A stretch of 64,000 bases of DNA, taken from positions 12,524,001 to 12,588,000 of the forward strand of contig CM114271.1 in NCBI GenBank assembly GCA_050084515.1, given 5' to 3'. Source of the DNA: Blasia pusilla. Taxonomy: Eukaryota. The translations under genes and the position numbers were made by a program. Positions 39,945 to 53,074 of the stretch are shown here, one piece after another; the stretch's first letter is position 1; every line of letters begins with the position of its first letter. The notes beneath the pieces were generated by a model. It did no database searches. It was not told where the DNA came from and worked only from the letters and a program-made list of their open reading frames with translations.

Positions 39945-42866
39945 TGTCACATCTGAGTAGCCGATAGGCCGAGATCTATTGTGGGTAGGGCGTAGGAGCC
40001 AGCGGACTATCTTGATTGTAACTTTGTCCCACGGTGTTGGATGAGGTTGAGGATAGGTCCATTGTGTCAAGAACGTCATTTTTGACAACTTTCTTGTTGA
40101 GGTCTTTCACATCCGGGTGACTTGTTGACCAGGTCATCCGCCCATGATAACCTGTGCGTGCAGGTTATCAATGGGATGGCTATTTTTAGGGGAATAGCCT
40201 TTTGGCTCTTCCCAACCCTATATAAGAGAAGAAGATGGCTTTCCTAAGCCATCTCTCTCATGTTGGGCCGTTGGAGCACCTCTCTTGTATGTGTGTGAGA
40301 TAGGACTAGGGTGCTAGCGTCCGGATTCCTTGATAGCGCAGGGTGGACGAGGCTCCATATACCGATGTAGATTGAGGAGTGGAGTTTTAGGCCGGGTGTG
40401 CCATTTTTATTACTCTTTATTTTTACATGAGAAAGATGTAAAAATGTGCCCCTCCAACTCTAGATAGAAAATATCACATCTCTCTAACATGACCTACTAC
40501 CATATACACATCTCAGACACATCCATCCTCTCGTGGGAACCACATCAAGAAGGGGGTTCAAACATGACATATGCCACCCTCAAGAACAACCATCACATAC
40601 CAACATGGTGGCTGCACCCCTCGCAAATCCGCACAACATACACCTCAAGCCTGTAGGTACCACTTCCAAGCTCGGATCCACTGGCCCGTCTACGTTTGAA
40701 AGATGGCATGGCGCACAATTGCGCACATGATCCTTCTTAACCATACCATCCCATCCCTCAAACATGAGGACTCCGGTTGGTAATACCTCGCGCACACGTA
40801 GGATCGTACGCCCTGCAGTGACATCTAGCGTCGTGGGTTCCGCCTCCTGTAAATACACGTATTCTCCAGGATGAAACCTCCTAATCCCTGGACGATAACG
40901 TCCTCCACGAATGGTTACGTACCTCAATGTATCTCTATGTCGAGCAATAGCTAAGTTCTCAAAGTCCATAGGCATAACTCTACAAAAAACTCCGCCCATT
41001 GAGAACACGCTTGTACCAACACATCTGGATCATCAAGATCTAACACCTCCGCCATGTCACGTCGACTAGCTGCAAGTAAATCTGGCTCTCTCCCAAAGAG
41101 CAAAAAGTACGATGAAAATGACGCCAAGGATGCATGCCCACTAAAGCAATAATCCATAGCCAACCATGGTAACTGTAGGTCCCACTCCCTCAACTATCCC
41201 CGTTGCAAGCCATACTTGCGCAATCCTCTCTTCACCGTCTGTACTACTCTCTCTGCCAACCCATCCACCTCAGGATGATCTCTAGACGTGGTGCGGTGAT
41301 CTATCAGCGCCTGATCACACAAGGCATGAAACTCTCCCATGAACTCGGTACCTTGGTCAGTCAACACCTCCACCGGTGCACCAAAATGACTAAGGACACG
41401 ATCTAGAAACGCATAAGATGTTCCCTCGCTCGCCTTGTCCGGTAGTGCCACCAACTCTATCCACTTGGAGAAATGCTCCACCATGACCAACACGTACCTA
41501 TGATGCTGCCCCGTCAATGGCAAAGGTCCCGCAAAGTCTAAACTCCATCGATGACCTAAACCCATAATCGACAAAGGATGTAACTACGGAGTGGGAGCAT
41601 TGAAGGATGCTCACACTCTGTCACATACCATACATCTAGCGACAAACTGATGTACCCCAGTATGCATGCCGGACCACCAATACTGAATCTGGAATAAGTT
41701 GTAAGTACGCTCCACTCCAAAATGTCCCAACTCCTCATGGGCATGTCGCACTACATGTGCTCGCTGGGAAGGATGAGATACCACTCGTAGGATCCGATCC
41801 CGCTCCCTAGCACTCACTGTGCTCGCTACGACGCTAGTGCGCAAGAACTCCACAACCTCCACGTCGTCATGGATATCACAACCACCTGTTGCCTCCTCAC
41901 TGACCTCCGGATCCAAAGACCCCACGACTGGAGTCATCACCTGTGATTGACCTACCATAGTCAACCAACAAAGATAAGCAGATGCATGGCAACTAGGCAC
42001 CATCTCCTCATCACTCTCTACGTGCCATCGAGCTCCTCTGTCGTCTCTCTGACTCAGACATGGGTTACGACTCAACCCATCCGCATCCTGGTTCAGCCGA
42101 CCTGGCCTATGAACCACCTCAAACTCATACTCCTGTAGTAATAGAGCCCACTTGGCAAGCTTTCCCGTAAGATTATCGGACTCTATCAACCACCTCAATG
42201 GCTAATGATCAGTGATAAGTGTGAAAGGGTTGCCGAATAATTAGCACCTGAAATGTGCCACGACCCACACTGCATCCAAACACTCTCCCTTGTAGGAGCT
42301 TTACTTCGCCTCTGCAATGTTGTTCGATCAGCTTGCTTAAGCCACAACAAACTCCCTTTCCTCGTCATCTCTCTGAGTAAGCACTACTCCTAGACCCAAC
42401 ATGCTCGAATCCGTAACCGGTCTTTGTAAAATGGGTAAGGATGTCAACCTGCCCTTGAGCTCTTGAAATGCTCGCTCCTGGTCATCTCCCCACAACCAAA
42501 ACTGATCAAGTCTCGTCAACAAGGTGAAAGACTTTGCGATCGCACTAAAACCCTTGACATACCGTGGATAGAAGTTTGTTAGTCCAAGAAATGCTCAGAC
42601 TCGACTCACATCTGTAGGGCGTGGAATTTGCGCAATAGTCTCCACCTTCGTCTGCTGAACATCTAATCCACTCGAGTATATGGTGTGTCCCAAGTACTGA
42701 ATCTGCTCCTGAAAGAATCTGCACTTGCTTAGATGTAACTTCACTCCATGTAACTGCAGTCGCCGAAACACGTTGGACCTCAAACATGGCAGCTTTCACA
42801 GGTAGTGTTAGCTGGCCATGAGAGTTAGGAGATGTATGTTGTGTAGCGATATGTATGCGCACGACA
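39945..42866. mobile_element. Rearranged PHD-Gypsy element: plus-strand LTR termini enclosing a minus-strand pol segment
   Basis: Starts tgtcacatct, ends atgcgcacgaca, flanked by actt on both sides. TATA-like ccctatataag at about 40217. Minus-strand pol from about 40455 to 42783. Confidence 0.75.
40455..42783 (-). pseudogene. Gypsy pol remnant: RT C-terminus, RNase H, integrase, PHD finger
   Basis: KCRFFQEQIQYLGH (RT); TDSSMLGLGVVL, ITDH, DADGLSR (RNase H); HEELGHFG/CMVC, LDFAGP, TDQGTEF, LAERVV (integrase); CMLC...VCDGCS (PHD). RT-RH-INT order indicates Ty3/Gypsy. Multiple stops; closely similar to 5620-7234. Confidence 0.93.
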
Positions 42867-43849
42867 ACTTTTAGTAAGTGACACATGAGTTTTTTGTTGG
42901 ATTCCTCAAATAAAGAGTTATGATTCCAAGACTATTGAAAGTAGATTATATCAATATATGACAACAAAACATCTACACTCCTGCAAGCAAGGCACATGCA
43001 TTACAATGAGAGCCAAACACTATGCACCATACTATATTATGCTACTTTGGGGGGCATACATGAACCTATAATATATCATTGATATTCAACCTCCTTTTAC
43101 GTGCTAAAGTATGCTCTTAAGTGTGAACCACAACCTTAAGATTAATTATCTAAATCACTATACAATGTGCATGCACGAGACCTAGGTCCCAAAGGGGCAA
43201 AAAGTACCTTTTCTAGATGGCCTTGTATTGAATAGATAAATCTAATATATTTTGGCAACATTGTTAGCATCCAAGATTCCAATCATTTACAAATCTAAAA
43301 CTATCAAGACCATTGACCTAATTCCTCCTCATAGGGTAAATACTTTGTATGAAAAAAATGAGAACATTATATATTCATCCAATTATCTATATCATTAAAA
43401 CGGAACATATTTGCCACTAGAAGACAAAAGTCTCAGCATGGATAAAAATTTAGAATGATTTGTGTCAAAAAATATCTCTTCTCCACCGAGTTACGGAGTT
43501 GATATAGATGTAGATGGAAGCATCAATAGACCTATCCATTCTCTACCTAGTGAAGGAATGGATATAAACGTGGATGGGAGTTACTTAGTGAGTGGGGTTT
43601 AAACGAGCCATTCTAAATATTGATTCTCCCACTTTATATGAATGTAATCTCCTTCAAAAAAATTAAATCCCTTTTGAATATATTTTTTTCAATACCTATT
43701 CCTCCACTTACTCTCCAAACTTGTCTCATTCCCCAGAAACTTTGAATCCCTCCTTTTGGAACTTTTTTCCATGTCTAGTTCATCGCAAGCTCAACATCTT
43801 CTAACCTATTTAAAGGAGTTAGAAATCATTTTAGAGATTTATTCGATTA

Positions 43850-44900
43850 TGCATATAATGAGCATGCCAACTATCATTACATCTACATCTTCTTGGTTTC
43901 CTTTATAATTTAGAGGTCATCCTATTCTAGACAAGATATGAGGTCATTAGAGTTGATATAAGAAATCCCCTTGATTTTTTAAAATGAATTTATTGGAAAT
44001 TTGGTGTATAAAATATAACATTTGGTTCGCCATACTGATAACCATCCACATCACTAATATATTGAGTTCTTTTACAACACCTTGCTAGCCGAAATAACTT
44101 TCAGATCTAAGTGAGAAATTCTTATTGTATTGTCACATGATTGGACATATTTATGTGCGTGTATCTAGGGAAGTTTGTTTATAAATTTATACTTCATGGT
44201 TAGCAAAATTAAAAAATATGCAATAGCAAATCTTAGGATTTAGGTTCAGATGATAAATTTTTGTCAAAGATTATAGATCTTATTAGCCCTCGCATTATTT
44301 TTAACATGTCACCCACTTGTACATCAATAACAGTGTAGTGGTATTTCTAACATCTTGCCCTTAAGGGACTAATTTACATTGTCCTTAGACATTCTAAATG
44401 CAAAACAATTGGACGTATTCCAGAATATGGAAGTAAATTCTCATGGATTGGTGATGATCATTGCTCCATCTGGATGCCATAAGAAATTTTTTTTCCCAAT
44501 TCATGCAAAAATATTGGTCATTGACTTCTACTGCAGTATAAATTAACAACTATTGGTATTGGTGCTATTAGACTTCATGAGAATTCTAACTACTCACTAT
44601 ATATTTAGAATATCAATCAAGGAAGACATGCCATCAATTTATATAGCATTTGATAAATATAGCCATCTCAAAGATGTTAAGTTAATAGTCAAAGATGAGT
44701 GCTCTATGCTCATACCTCGTTTGATTCATATGATTGCAATGAGATTATATAAAGTTGGCTAGTTATCAAGCTTAACTTCATTTAAAAAAGAGCTTAACAT
44801 ACTACTTGTTGACCTTTCCAATTGCCATTAGTTTGTCAACATAAAACCCTTCCACTGTGTTTGGTGTATCATATATCCTCTCTCGTCATTGTAATTCTAC
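43850..44900 (+). mobile_element. Second decayed Helitron Pif1-helicase fragment
   Basis: LKDVKLIVKDECSMLIPRLIHMIAMRL parallels LKDAKVIVIDECSMLTTRLLQIVAMGL of 17299-17673; degenerate Walker A (IIAPSGCHK) at about 44460. Confidence 0.72.
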
Positions 44901-47462
44901 GAAAAAATACATAAGTATAAGTTGTACTTATTATTATCATACGATTAATATCAATGTTCAGTTTGGATATCTATGGGACATCCATAGTTTTAACAACTTG
45001 TTGTATTTGTCAAAGCACTCTAACACTTGTAATTGGATTTCTGGATCTTGCGGATTCCCTAAAATTTGAAAAATTAATTTTTTCAACCTAAATTATTTCT
45101 TTTGGGGTTTTTTTAATATTAGCATATAACATTAAAAATAAAAATGCTTTATGATATTAAAAATGAGAGAAAATAGTAAAAAACATATAAGATGCATATG
45201 TCTTTTACAAGGACGTGGATAAAACCAGTGTATAAATCCTCAATTATGTATTTTTTTGTTGTATATAAATAAAAAATATATATTCATATATACTACATGC
45301 CTATAATCGTACGTACTATTATGTCGAATCGAGGCTAGATAGTTCCATCTAGTTCCGTCATTGATGGTCTTCCATTATATTTCAATCCATATTTTTAGAT
45401 CCTTCTTTGTTAGTTGGAATGTGAGCTTGTTTGAATCCACTACTACTTCTTCTTTAAACCTCCTCAAAGATTCCACATTGTAGATCCGCCTCTCACTCTT
45501 GAAAGTGTTTTCAATCCTATCTCCTCTACCTTCATTACAATATATAATCCTTGAGCAAATATTGCTTCTTTAATACGAAGCATGTTGTTCTCTCGCTCTC
45601 TCTTTTGCAAATCAACTCACTCCTTTACTTGAGTGTTTGGCTCTACTCATAAAACACTCTTCTTCTTGACTTGTATGCACAAAGGAGAAGAAATTTTCTT
45701 TGCAGCTATTTCTGTAAAGCCTTAGTTCAATCTCTTAAAGTTCTTCACAACTCATAAACTTCTCAAGTCTACCTTTTTTAATTAGCTATTACATCTTATT
45801 TTATAGTGAACCACATCTCTCTGTACTTCAACACCCTCTTCATTGTCGAGATACCTTTTTATAGGTTCATCACTACAACTACTGTAAGAAGCTAAGGCAT
45901 ATCTAGAATGGCTTATTTCATCTTCAACATCAATTCTTTTGTGTGTGCTCTACAATAATAGTCGTTGTTGATTTTGAGTTTATATCTTCTTGTTCAACTA
46001 AATCGTCCTCAATAATCCAACCATTTGGAGAGGCACATATATTTCCACTACAAGGGACAAGAGGATACATAGGGTTTCATTTAATAGTTTTATTTTGGCA
46101 TGGACTACCATTTTGCGAGTATACTATGAATATTTGTTTGCAAGTGCATGTCATGCAAGTATATTGCAAGATATTTGCAACAAAAGCAATCTTTATAAGT
46201 ACATAGAGATATTATTATAAGATATTGGCAACTTTGCAACACAATGTGCAAGTCCATTTTGGGTTCAAAGAAAATATAATGTGCAAAAGAGATATTTTGT
46301 GAGTATGTGGACTTGCAAGGAACTCGTATTTGTATGTCATAAATTTGTAATCTTGTTCCTTTTTTTTAACACTTCAAAGGCGCTTTGCCCAAGTTATTTC
46401 AACACTCTTTCTTTTTTACATGCATGGATGGTGCTTTCAAGGATAAGTGGAATTAAGTATAACTCCAACTTGATGCTAATAAAATTGCATGGGATTTGAA
46501 TAATGTCTAAGAGGATTTTTTTCTCCCTTACTCTAACAATAAAATCAATAGTAAGGTTGAGAAAATTTGATAGTAGCTGTGATGACTATGATAAGACTGA
46601 AGTGGATGATCTTGAAGATGCAAAAAGTCATGTGGAGGAGTAAAATATCCCATTTTAGGCCAAATAATGTTGACAATGAAGCTTTTGTCAAAAAATTGCG
46701 CACAATATATAGGGAATTGAAACAAATAATCATGTCAAATACAGAAGAACCACAAACCATTAAAGAGTGCTCCCAAAAACTCCAAATTGATAAGTTAGGA
46801 GAATTGCATTTTAACTCTCAATCTAAGGAAGCTTATAAACGAAAGAAAATTTGCAAATTGATAAGTGACAAGAGGAAAGGAGTAAACAAGAGAGGAAGAT
46901 GATATATCAATAGGTTTTTTTAATTCTTATGATATGTCCACAAATTTTATGCAATAAATGCTTATGAAGAAGCATGTGATAGCTCATATAGGTGAATAAT
47001 CCATACTTATTTACTAGCTTACCATCCGGGCCGGTTGTGGCCTACATCTACTCGACTCTTTGAGTCCCTTTTTTTTTAATTCCAAATGGGTTTTCCATAT
47101 CCCACTATTTATTGAGGTTTTCTTATTATTTTTTCTCACAATCCACATTGAATCACACTCTATCCATCTCTTGAGTCTTGAAGGGCATGTCAACTCGATG
47201 AATAAATGTCACTACAAACTTCCATCCTTCGAAAGATGGATGCTCAACATAAAAGAATTGCTCCAATTTGCAAAGAAATAGGGAAGTTTTATTGCTCTTG
47301 ATCATCTTGTTGGTAAATCAAGTGTTGATTTTGAATAAACCATACTTATGGCAACAAATGGACTCAAACTTCTCTCATAGAAGTATTGTGATATTATTAT
47401 CATAGCGCAAGATTCCAAATGTTTGGAATTCTAATTCCATATTCTCCTCCACATAGAGGTCA

Positions 47463-48088
47463 TGTCGTGCGCATACACATCGTTGTCACCGAACACACAC
47501 ACAAACACGCACGATCCCATGCTAACTCATGGCATCCAAACAACGAGACAAGAAGTACTAAAATATCTCCAATAAAGTAAGATCCAATCTCTCTCTACAC
47601 CATCTCACACCATAGCTCTCAAACGTGTGCTCTCTCTCTCTCATGTCAAACCAAACCCACTCTCCTAATGAGAGGCTTAGATTACACTCACAAGGCAAGG
47701 GACCATAGCTCCGCCGCCTCATGCCAAGAGGTTCAACAAAGAGAGAATGAGCTCTCAAGCTCTCTCTCCTTGAGGTATACTCCTCCCTTCTTCCAAGCTC
47801 TTTCCATGGTAACTTATTCTCCCAAGTCACCTCCTTGGCTCTTGACCTGATGTAGGAGGTCAAGATCCACTTATCAAAAATATAAAATCGATCATATACT
47901 CAAAATGGTACTTACCTAAAATAGTAAGTTTCTTAATATGGCTCCAAATTAGCCACAACGAAGGGGAAACTTGATGTCTCAGGTTACCCAGGGCCTCAGT
48001 AGGTCATCCTAGACCTGCTGAGCGTGTCCTACACTACTCACGAAGGCGCTCTACTAAATCTCACCGATCTATCCTAAAAGATGTCACA
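47463..48088 (-). mobile_element. Solo LTR (626 bp) of the same or a related PHD-Gypsy family
   Basis: Minus strand starts tgtgacatct and ends gatgtgtatgcgcacgaca, sharing termini with 39945/42866 and 5455. Flanks gtca and gcca form a 4-bp duplication with one mismatch. Confidence 0.75.
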
Positions 48089-50929
48089 GCCAAGATATAG
48101 ATTCCCTTCCCCCCTATGTGGTGTTAAAACTACATTCACATCTTGTTGGGATACTTATGATTCTTGCTCAAACGCAACATTTTTTATAATCTTGTGTATG
48201 TATAATGCTTATCCAACGCTCTTATTAGAAAATACAACCACCTTCACGTATATGGGTCAAGCCTTGAAATATATTGTACATAACTCACAAAGTACTTGTC
48301 AAACATGAAATGTCATTAAATAATCCCCCATCCACGTACCTCCTCATTTGCCACTTTTTATATTGCATATCTTGGGCTCTCATACCTGAAATGGATCATT
48401 TCACACCTTCACCATGGCAAAGCCATATCAAATTTATTTTCTTAATCTCTGTGCAATTTTTCCATATTTATTTTTTTACCAATGGTGAATGGGAGTAGGG
48501 AAGGATGGATCCAGGAGGAAGTTGGATGGATCAAGGAGTATGCGCTTGCCAACTCTAGGAATTGGCCCAATTTATCTAACCAACATCTATATTGTGGATA
48601 TGAAAGGTGACTTTCGGGTGAGCCCCAATTGTGAGAATTGGGATAGGACCCCGTGAACAAGCTGTCCTTCTTTCAACAAATATGATGGCTGGTCTTGGGA
48701 TGAGTCTTACCCCAATGTAGGGTAAGGCTATCAAAAGGTTCTTCTCTAAAGCCTCAATTGAGTTAGCCTCTACTATCTTTCCTTTCCTTATGGCAGGAAA
48801 AAATAATATTGAGTTTTTCATACATCAAGACAATAGAGAAAGGAATTGACTTACATTAAAGGAGGCCTTGATAAAAAAAAGGTTTAGTTTCCAATGGGAA
48901 AAGGAAGAAGAGATAGGGGAGAAGGAGACGAGTTGAAACAAGGAATGGATTGATCCTCTTCGTTTCCGTGTAGAGGGAGAAAGACGGTCTATGTGGCATA
49001 TGCATTTTCTCTTCATAATATAGAATTCCAATAGGATGAAAATAAGATCCCTTCCAACATAAGAAAAACAAGTTACGCTACTAAAAATCAAAGAATTTAC
49101 CAAACTTTTTTTATAAAATACTCCGAGAAAGACAATGTTATCGTAAATGCGAAATTCTCGTGGGTTCCAAAATTGGCAAATTCAGACAATCCAATAATAA
49201 AGAAATAACGAAAACCAATAATTCTCGTCTACCGTGGGTATCTCTGACACTGAGAACAGTGACCGACGGTCTACTCTCCAGCCACCCGTAAAACGGACGG
49301 GAACCGTTAGCCAGCTTTGTGCAGCTTTCTGTGCAGCTTTGAGTGCCGTTGGTCCACAGTCGGGGTACGTGCGAGAGATTTTATCATTCAATTATTGAGT
49401 TATTTATCAGGAAAATGCAGAAATCTAAAATAATTGAATGTGCTATTGGGGTACTGCGCAGCTTTTGACAGGTTCTCAGTTCTGCTCCATCAATGCCGCC
49501 AAGCCAATCCCTGCGCCGTACACTTGTCGTGCTACACTACGGCGAGAAGCGCGACGCAAATTGGCGTATGCCTTGCTCGCTACAGTGCCTCCCAGAACGC
49601 GGTGGGCCCCAGACCACGATTCGCTGAAACGTGCGACGGCGCTCGTGTCGCTACACAATTAGCGTACTGAGAATCGGCATCTCCTTCCGCCTGCTGGTTT
49701 AGGGGTTACGAAATAGGCACCTTTTCAGATGGACGAATAATCCAATAAGTAAATTGAAAGTATGTATTATCTGAGCGGAATATGGTGAGGCGACCATTCT
49801 GGAGTACTGGTCCCTTTCCCTTTCCCTTTCGCGCTCCTGTTAAGGATCCGATTTCCTGGATTACGAGATAATATTCCTTTATTTAGCAACAAATCAATCG
49901 ATCGATCGACAGAATGGCTACGAAAAGACGACACAAACAAACGTCGCGGCGTTTATGTACTTATTGCATACGAGGACGACAACAAAACTCTTGTTGTCGA
50001 AACGATATATTCGAATAAAATTGATCCGATGAAGGAGGAAAAGTCCTGTCGTCGTTCACTCACCTCACCCTAAACCCAAACCCCTATTTATTAATTCTAC
50101 TGCCATTTCGATCCATTTATTTCATTGGAGGATTAACTCGAGGGGTGGTTTTGGAACATCAGAAAAGTGAGAAAAGACAAAAAAGGAACGGGAAAGGGCT
50201 CCCAAAGAGCAGAATAGCTTCGTGATGGACAACACCACCCTCAAAATCACGGCATCTTTTGGGCCCGTCTTCCACTTAATTTACTAGGGCCAAAAGAAAT
50301 GGTCATCCCTAAGCTCTTATCCAAATGGGAATGTCCACGTCAAAGGCGTCGCTCGCAGAGAGATAGACTCGTCACATAGTCCGGTAGGGAAGGAACGGTC
50401 GGTATTTGGAAAAGTGATCAGGAAAAGACGCGAAAAGACGTAAAAGGAAGAACTAAATTTGACAAGTGGATTCATCATTCACGGGGTTGAGTACCATTAC
50501 GCATTTCGTTTAGCACGGCGAGAGAGAGAGTCGATGAACTTCGATAAAAACGCTTATGGGAAACTCATTACAGATACATAGAGAGAGAGCGGAGTGCCGA
50601 TAGAAAAACGATACTGTTTATAGGAGAGATATCGGTCGCCCCCTTCTTCCCCCGAGAGGGAGGAGAGATATCGCAGAAGAGGACAGGGAATGGGAAACCC
50701 GTTGCAACTTGCGAGGCTAAGTGAGATTACGGATGAGTAAATTTTATGAAAATGAAGATCAAATGGTTTAGGGTTTTTCAAATAGGAAGTGTTTCTGGTA
50801 TATGGAGACCACTTGAACTAGAGGTTTTCAAAGCCAATTTGAAATTTGAATTGTCTACGTGTGACTCATTTTTTAATGAGTCACTTAGTTTTCGTAGTGA
50901 ACCAAATGGTAAAGTTACATAAGTTACCA

Positions 50930-51445
50930 AAGTCACATATTATAATCCATGGCCCTATTATAAGACAAAATAAGAATATGTTATAATGGGTGATTTAGGT
51001 GTACAATAATATAAAATAATGGGATACTTTCTAAACATAGAAAAAACTTTGCAACTTTTTCCCTTCATTCATATTTCATGATTATGAAAATTTAATTTAA
51101 GTGGAGACTCATTAGGTATTATTTAAATTTTATGGAAGGGTGTGATTATTCAGGGGATCATTTAAATTTTAATTCAGGAGTGGAATCATTTGGAAGAGTA
51201 GAATGTTATTACTATTCTTAGATTTAAGAAATTAATTTCTAAATGAAATATAGAATGTATAGTGGAAAGGAAAGAGTAGGTATTATTTAAAATTTTATGG
51301 AGTTTAATTATTTTATAAGGGAAAATTTATTACTCTTTTAAGATTTGAGGAATTGGAAATTATACTTTATTTTTAAATTAAAAATGGTTTTAAATGATTG
51401 AAAATTTATATTTTGTGCTCAAGCATGGGCATGCTAACTAATAGT
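50930..51445 (+). mobile_element. Non-autonomous Helitron-like repeat, copy of 12691-13510
   Basis: Reverse-complement similarity to 12691-13510; 3' end agcatgggcatgctaactaatagt. Confidence 0.6.
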
Positions 51446-51460
51446 TCTTATTATCAACCA

Positions 51461-53074
51461 CTAGTAAGAATGCCCGTGCGATGCATCGGGTCAGAACTTA
51501 ACCTGCAAAAGACCCCACGCTAGAATAGAATATCACCGATAATTCCGCAAGGTCAAATTCAGTCTGATTTTGTAATGGGATGTTGTTTTCTTTCGATAGA
51601 GTATTGTATGTCCAATTTCTTGGTCAAAGAGAAATAGAGTGATAGATAGCCGCTGCGATGTAGCACACATTTTGTATTGTTCCGCATATGGAGCCGAGCT
51701 AGATAGATTGGAGGTACAGTTCTAGGCTGATGAATGTGTTTGAAGAGTTCCGTTGTTACCAACTCATAAAATATCAGAGAGAAACAAGGTGAGAGGTTAG
51801 TCGAACATCTACTTGTCTCTGATGTGAAAGCTTGTTTGTCCTTGGAATGCAGGATTCCTTCCCCTCTTTCGACATCCATCATTATGGTGATAAGTTGCAA
51901 GAGAAGCTTTCAACTCTAGCAGAACGGTCTGAGGAGGATGAGGTGATGTTCATGAGTCATTCACGTACCTCGTCGGAGCACAACACGAGGATCAAGTGGC
52001 AAATTCATTCTTGGGACTTTTACAATTGGCAAACTTTTTGATTTCTTTGCCACGATATACTTGCTGCTCGAGTTAAATTGATTTGGTGGATTTTGGACTG
52101 AGCGTTGAGGATGGTTGGACCGATTCAGGTAAATAATGGAAATGTCGTGATTGACAAAGATGACTTGGGTCGTGAAAGTTATTGCTTCACAGGAGAAAAC
52201 CCTTTTTCTGTAAAGCTACTCACTTCGCACATTCATCACAAGGGAGTGTTTGAAAACATGATATCCACCAAAGCAGGAGAGGCATCGGATAGGAGAAGAA
52301 CAACCAAGATTCATGCTCCATCCATTCCTCAATTATCTTGAATTTGGCAAGACACTCCTTTTTTGTGAGCAAGATATCTAGGGCATCCTACACCAGGTCC
52401 AGAGGTTTCACGATCTTGTACATATCACCAACTTTGGCAATGAGAAGCTTTCACAAGCGTGGGAAAGGGATAACTGGAAAACTTAGCATACCTAATAACA
52501 AGGAGACTAGGGCATTGTCAACTTCGCTCGAGTCCACCGCTGTCAAATTGACGCCAAATCTTAGACAATGGAGGAAGAGGAATCCTCTTCAAATGATTGT
52601 TATCTAGCTCTGAAACTCTTCGCCCTACTCTTGTAAATTTAGGACAGATGATAGATAATGGAGCAATGAAATCGGTTCAAAAGATTGTGCAGAATCGATT
52701 GAATGGCGGGGAAATTTTGAAATTGAAATTTCATCTTTGAAAGAGAAATTAGACAAAAAAGGAGTGAATATATTTTCTTGATTAGACAAAGGCATTGGAA
52801 AAAGAAACAATAAGTATTTCCCCAGATTAATATGGAAAAATAGATTTGATTTTCTTCTAAAGCAAGGTGAAAGTTTTATTTTTATTACTATTCGGGAGGA
52901 AATTTATTTTGTACTGTTTCTTTTCAAATTTTTGGATGTTGAACTCAAGTGATTTAGTTTGTGTCTAAATGCTTCACAATCTATTCTCCATATGTTGGAT
53001 TTTCTCATTTTCATCCATATGACCGAACACATCGTACGAGTGGCGGGGAAATAATAATAATAATAATATATAGA
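51461..53074 (-). mobile_element. Non-autonomous Helitron with unidentified internal sequence
   Basis: Minus-strand 3' end cccgatgcatcgcacgggcattcttaCTAG|T with a GC hairpin. Candidate 5' end TCTATATATTATT at 53074 resembles that of the mini-Helitron, but the flanking base is T, not the expected A. Confidence 0.6.

Noticed and set aside
50060-50085. Interstitial telomere tract
   Set aside because: Only one or two degenerate CCCTAAA units; at most a telo-box.
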